Shown piece after piece: positions 61,291 to 64,000 of a stretch of 64,000 nt of DNA. A program made the position numbers and the translations under genes. Within the stretch, counting starts at the first letter, position 1; each line of letters starts with the position of its first letter. The notes under the pieces are model-generated. The model was not told where the DNA came from. It saw nothing but the letters and a program-made list of their open reading frames with translations, and did no database searches. The stretch lies in NCBI GenBank assembly GCA_964270895.1, contig OZ185441.1. One strand, 5' to 3'. This DNA comes from Podarcis filfolensis. Lineage: Eukaryota.

Positions 61291-61640
61291 GGAACATGGG
61301 TGGCGCTGTAGGTTAAACCACAGAGCCTAGGGCTTGCCAATCAGAAGGTCGGCAGTTTGAATCCCTGCGGCGGGGTGAGCTCCCGTTGCTCAGTCCCAGC
61401 TCCTGCCAACCTAGCAGTTCAAAAGCCCGTCAAGTGCAAGTAGATAAATAGGTACCGCTCCAGCGGGAAGGTAAACAGTGTTTCCGTGCGCTGCTCTGGT
61501 TCGCCAGAAGCGGCTTAGTCATGCTGGCCACATGACCCAGAAGCTGTACGCCGGCTCCCTCGGCCAATAAAGCGAGATGAGCGCCGCAACCCCAGAGTCA
61601 GTCACGACTGGACCTAATGGTCAGGGGTCCCTCTACCTTT
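61291..61640 (+). mobile_element. Sauria SINE, full length
   Basis: 13-bp TSD taacatgctttgt (61278 and 61641). Confidence 0.95.
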
Positions 61641-62746
61641 TAACATGCTTTGTAGTTAAGACATGTTGCACATGGCTGCATTGTAACATGTAGTTTGGCT
61701 CTACATGATCCATTACTTCAGAATGTTTCCCCCCAATACTGAGGTCTAATTGGAGCTGGCCTTCTAACCAACTCTCATCAAAAGTTCTCCAGGGCTGTTT
61801 TACTTTTAAATCTTCTTTGTTATTATGGTCGACATTTTGTTTACTCCAAAGCACGTTGGGAATAATTGGTTAGGATGCACTGCATCACGAAGGCACAGAT
61901 GGCAGGCCAAAGTCTCTGCTGATCTGAAGACAGTGTTAGCATTTTTTTTAAAAGAGAGAGAAAGAAAGAAAATAAAGTAGAAAGTAGGGGGTGTTGAATA
62001 GGGCCAGCAGTGGTAGCACTGTACAAAGGATGTTGTGGGTGGTCCATTGGGAAAGTTGTTAGGAATCTGCGATATGTCCACTACAATCAACAGAAAGACA
62101 CAATCGTGCCTCCGTAGGGAATTGGGAGGGAAGAACTTGTTTAAATAAAATCGCAAGGTTGTCAGAATGTTAAGCTAATTCTCTAATGTTCTGTGCATTG
62201 TCTGGGGAGCTTAGGCATTGCATCATTTGATGTACTGAAGTAGTGACAAAATATTTTAATAGCAGTGCGTTTGGAAAGTGTTAACATCTTTTTGATCGTT
62301 CGAAAAGACTTGACTGCGTGTGGTGAAAGTAAAAAAAAGAAAGAAAGAAAATGCTATTAGAGAAAAGCAACTCGTTCCATAGGCTGCTTTGTTTTCTGCT
62401 TTAGATAACTGCACAACGTGATTCTACCAGTCTCTGGGACATATTTATGCCAGTGGTTACGTATAAGTCATTACCATTACAATGCAATGATGTCCGAGAC
62501 TTGTTTTGCTGTTCTGTTAAGTGTCCCTTCAAGGGCTCAACAATGAAAGTGTTTTAACTTACAGGATGTATTGTCAAGTTTTTGCTTTGTTGGAGCTGCG
62601 TGACAGGCTGGAATTCGGCAGGAGAAGTTTTTTCTAGCCTGCAGGTAACGCAAAAGAGAAGAATTCTGCTCAATCATATGTATTGCCAGTTCTAATATAT
62701 ATTGGGATTCCTTCTCAAGTATTCTCCCATGTAGGTACCATCTCAG

Positions 62747-63140
62747 TAAACATGGGTGGAACTGTTAGTTTTGGTTTTTCTCAGTTTCTCTTTTTTCCAG
62801 TCTTAAATTTATTTCTCCAAATTTCCATAACAGTTCCCATTTTTTAAAAAAATTGTGAACATTTATCCACATCTTAATGATAATTTCCCCTAATATCACA
62901 CTTTCCCAAAGCAATGTCCCATAATCTAATGCATTTTTCTATGTTCTTTTCACTAATATTTTCATCTTATGCAAACTTTACTCTAGGATTTGAATTTTTG
63001 CACCCATTGCTTGGCTGGAGAGCTGTATTGCAAAATTCATAGAACTCCGAATTTTGATGGATGGCTCTGGTTCAGTTCATGTATTGTTTTTGGAAACAGC
63101 GAATTAGTTAGGTTCACCTTTAAAATACCCCAGAGCAAAA
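62747..63140 (+). mobile_element. MITE family A copy
   Basis: Interior colinear with 468-856 (ttggctggagagctg..caaaattc); ends eroded. Confidence 0.55.
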
Positions 63141-63371
63141 ATGTCTCAATCTGGCACCAAAAAGATGACTAAGAGCACTTCCACCTGTCTCACCACTTTC
63201 CCCTGGGAAAATCTGCTGCTTACAAATAGATCAGAACAAATGTCAATTGGTTTTTCTATGGATTGATGTTGTTCCGATTCAGTAATTCTAACTCACTTGG
63301 ACTAACTTCTGAACAGGCATTCTGCAAAACACACATAAATCCCATATACTTCATCAGGCATTTGGTTAAGT

Positions 63372-63507
63372 CAGTGTTTCTCAAATTTGGGTCCCCAGCT
63401 GTTGTTGGACTACAACTCCCATCATCCCTAGCTAGCAGGACCCATGGATAGGGATGATGGGAGTTGTAGTCCAAAAACAGCTGGGGACCAAAGTTTGAGA
63501 AACAGTG
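63372..63507. mobile_element. 136-bp palindromic hAT MITE, family B variant
   Basis: CAGTGTTTCTCAAA ... TTTGAGAAACAGTG with long inverted arms; no clear TSD. Confidence 0.88.
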
Positions 63508-64000
63508 GTTGCCTCCATTGTCAGAGTGGTTCTTGTGAAGGTGAATCATTGATGGACTTCAATGTTTTTTTGATGGATAGATGCCTCCAGATAATATGAC
63601 ACAGTTCCTTTGTAGCTTTTAAAAAGTGTATCCTTCTTTTATTTTTGGCAGTTAAAAAGATGTGACCAGGGCATAACCAGGCACCCAAAAATGTTATAAA
63701 AATAAAATGTAGTCTGGAAGGGTGGGATTAAGATGTGCCGAGGTCCAAAACTGTGCCAAATTTAAGAGGCCTCATAGTGTTATCCCCAAAATGTGTAAAC
63801 ACCAAACCTCACCTGCCACTGTTTCACAAATTATGGACATCTGACCTAATGATATATTTTTTTAAGATAAATTACGGTTATTTATGAACAGATTTATAAA
63901 CACAACCATTAAGCATACTTTGGTCATATCTAAACAATAATGTTTGTTTTAGAGTCCCCATTTCCTTTATTTATTTTTAACCAATTATGCCACATTTGAA

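Overview
Non-coding squamate DNA, most likely a lacertid lizard (inferred from the Sauria SINE subfamily with (CCTTTA)n tails plus typical L2, RTE/BovB, L1 and CR1 ends). It reads as a gene desert or a large intron, with one 156-nt N gap. No host protein-coding gene, tRNA, rRNA or CRISPR array is recognisable. The only protein homologies are LINE ORF2 remnants (L2, RTE, L1). The window is dense in retroposons, hAT-like and Tc1/mariner-like MITEs and microsatellites, many with target-site duplications (TSDs) that I read directly. Unique TE-free islands with retained CpGs and clustered homeodomain/POU/Fox motifs suggest developmental enhancers. Best leads: (1) four fully palindromic hAT MITEs, all exactly 136 bp despite different terminal inverted repeats (TIRs), carrying twin ACTACAnnTCCCA motifs; (2) a chimeric DNA transposon carrying a captured L2 3' end; (3) a candidate two-exon 54-aa microprotein at 7.4-8.1 kb; (4) a CpG-rich candidate enhancer at 52.6-53.3 kb; (5) an LTR-like segment between 37-bp direct repeats. 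Family names come from remembered consensus features, not database searches. Conservation and expression cannot be seen here.
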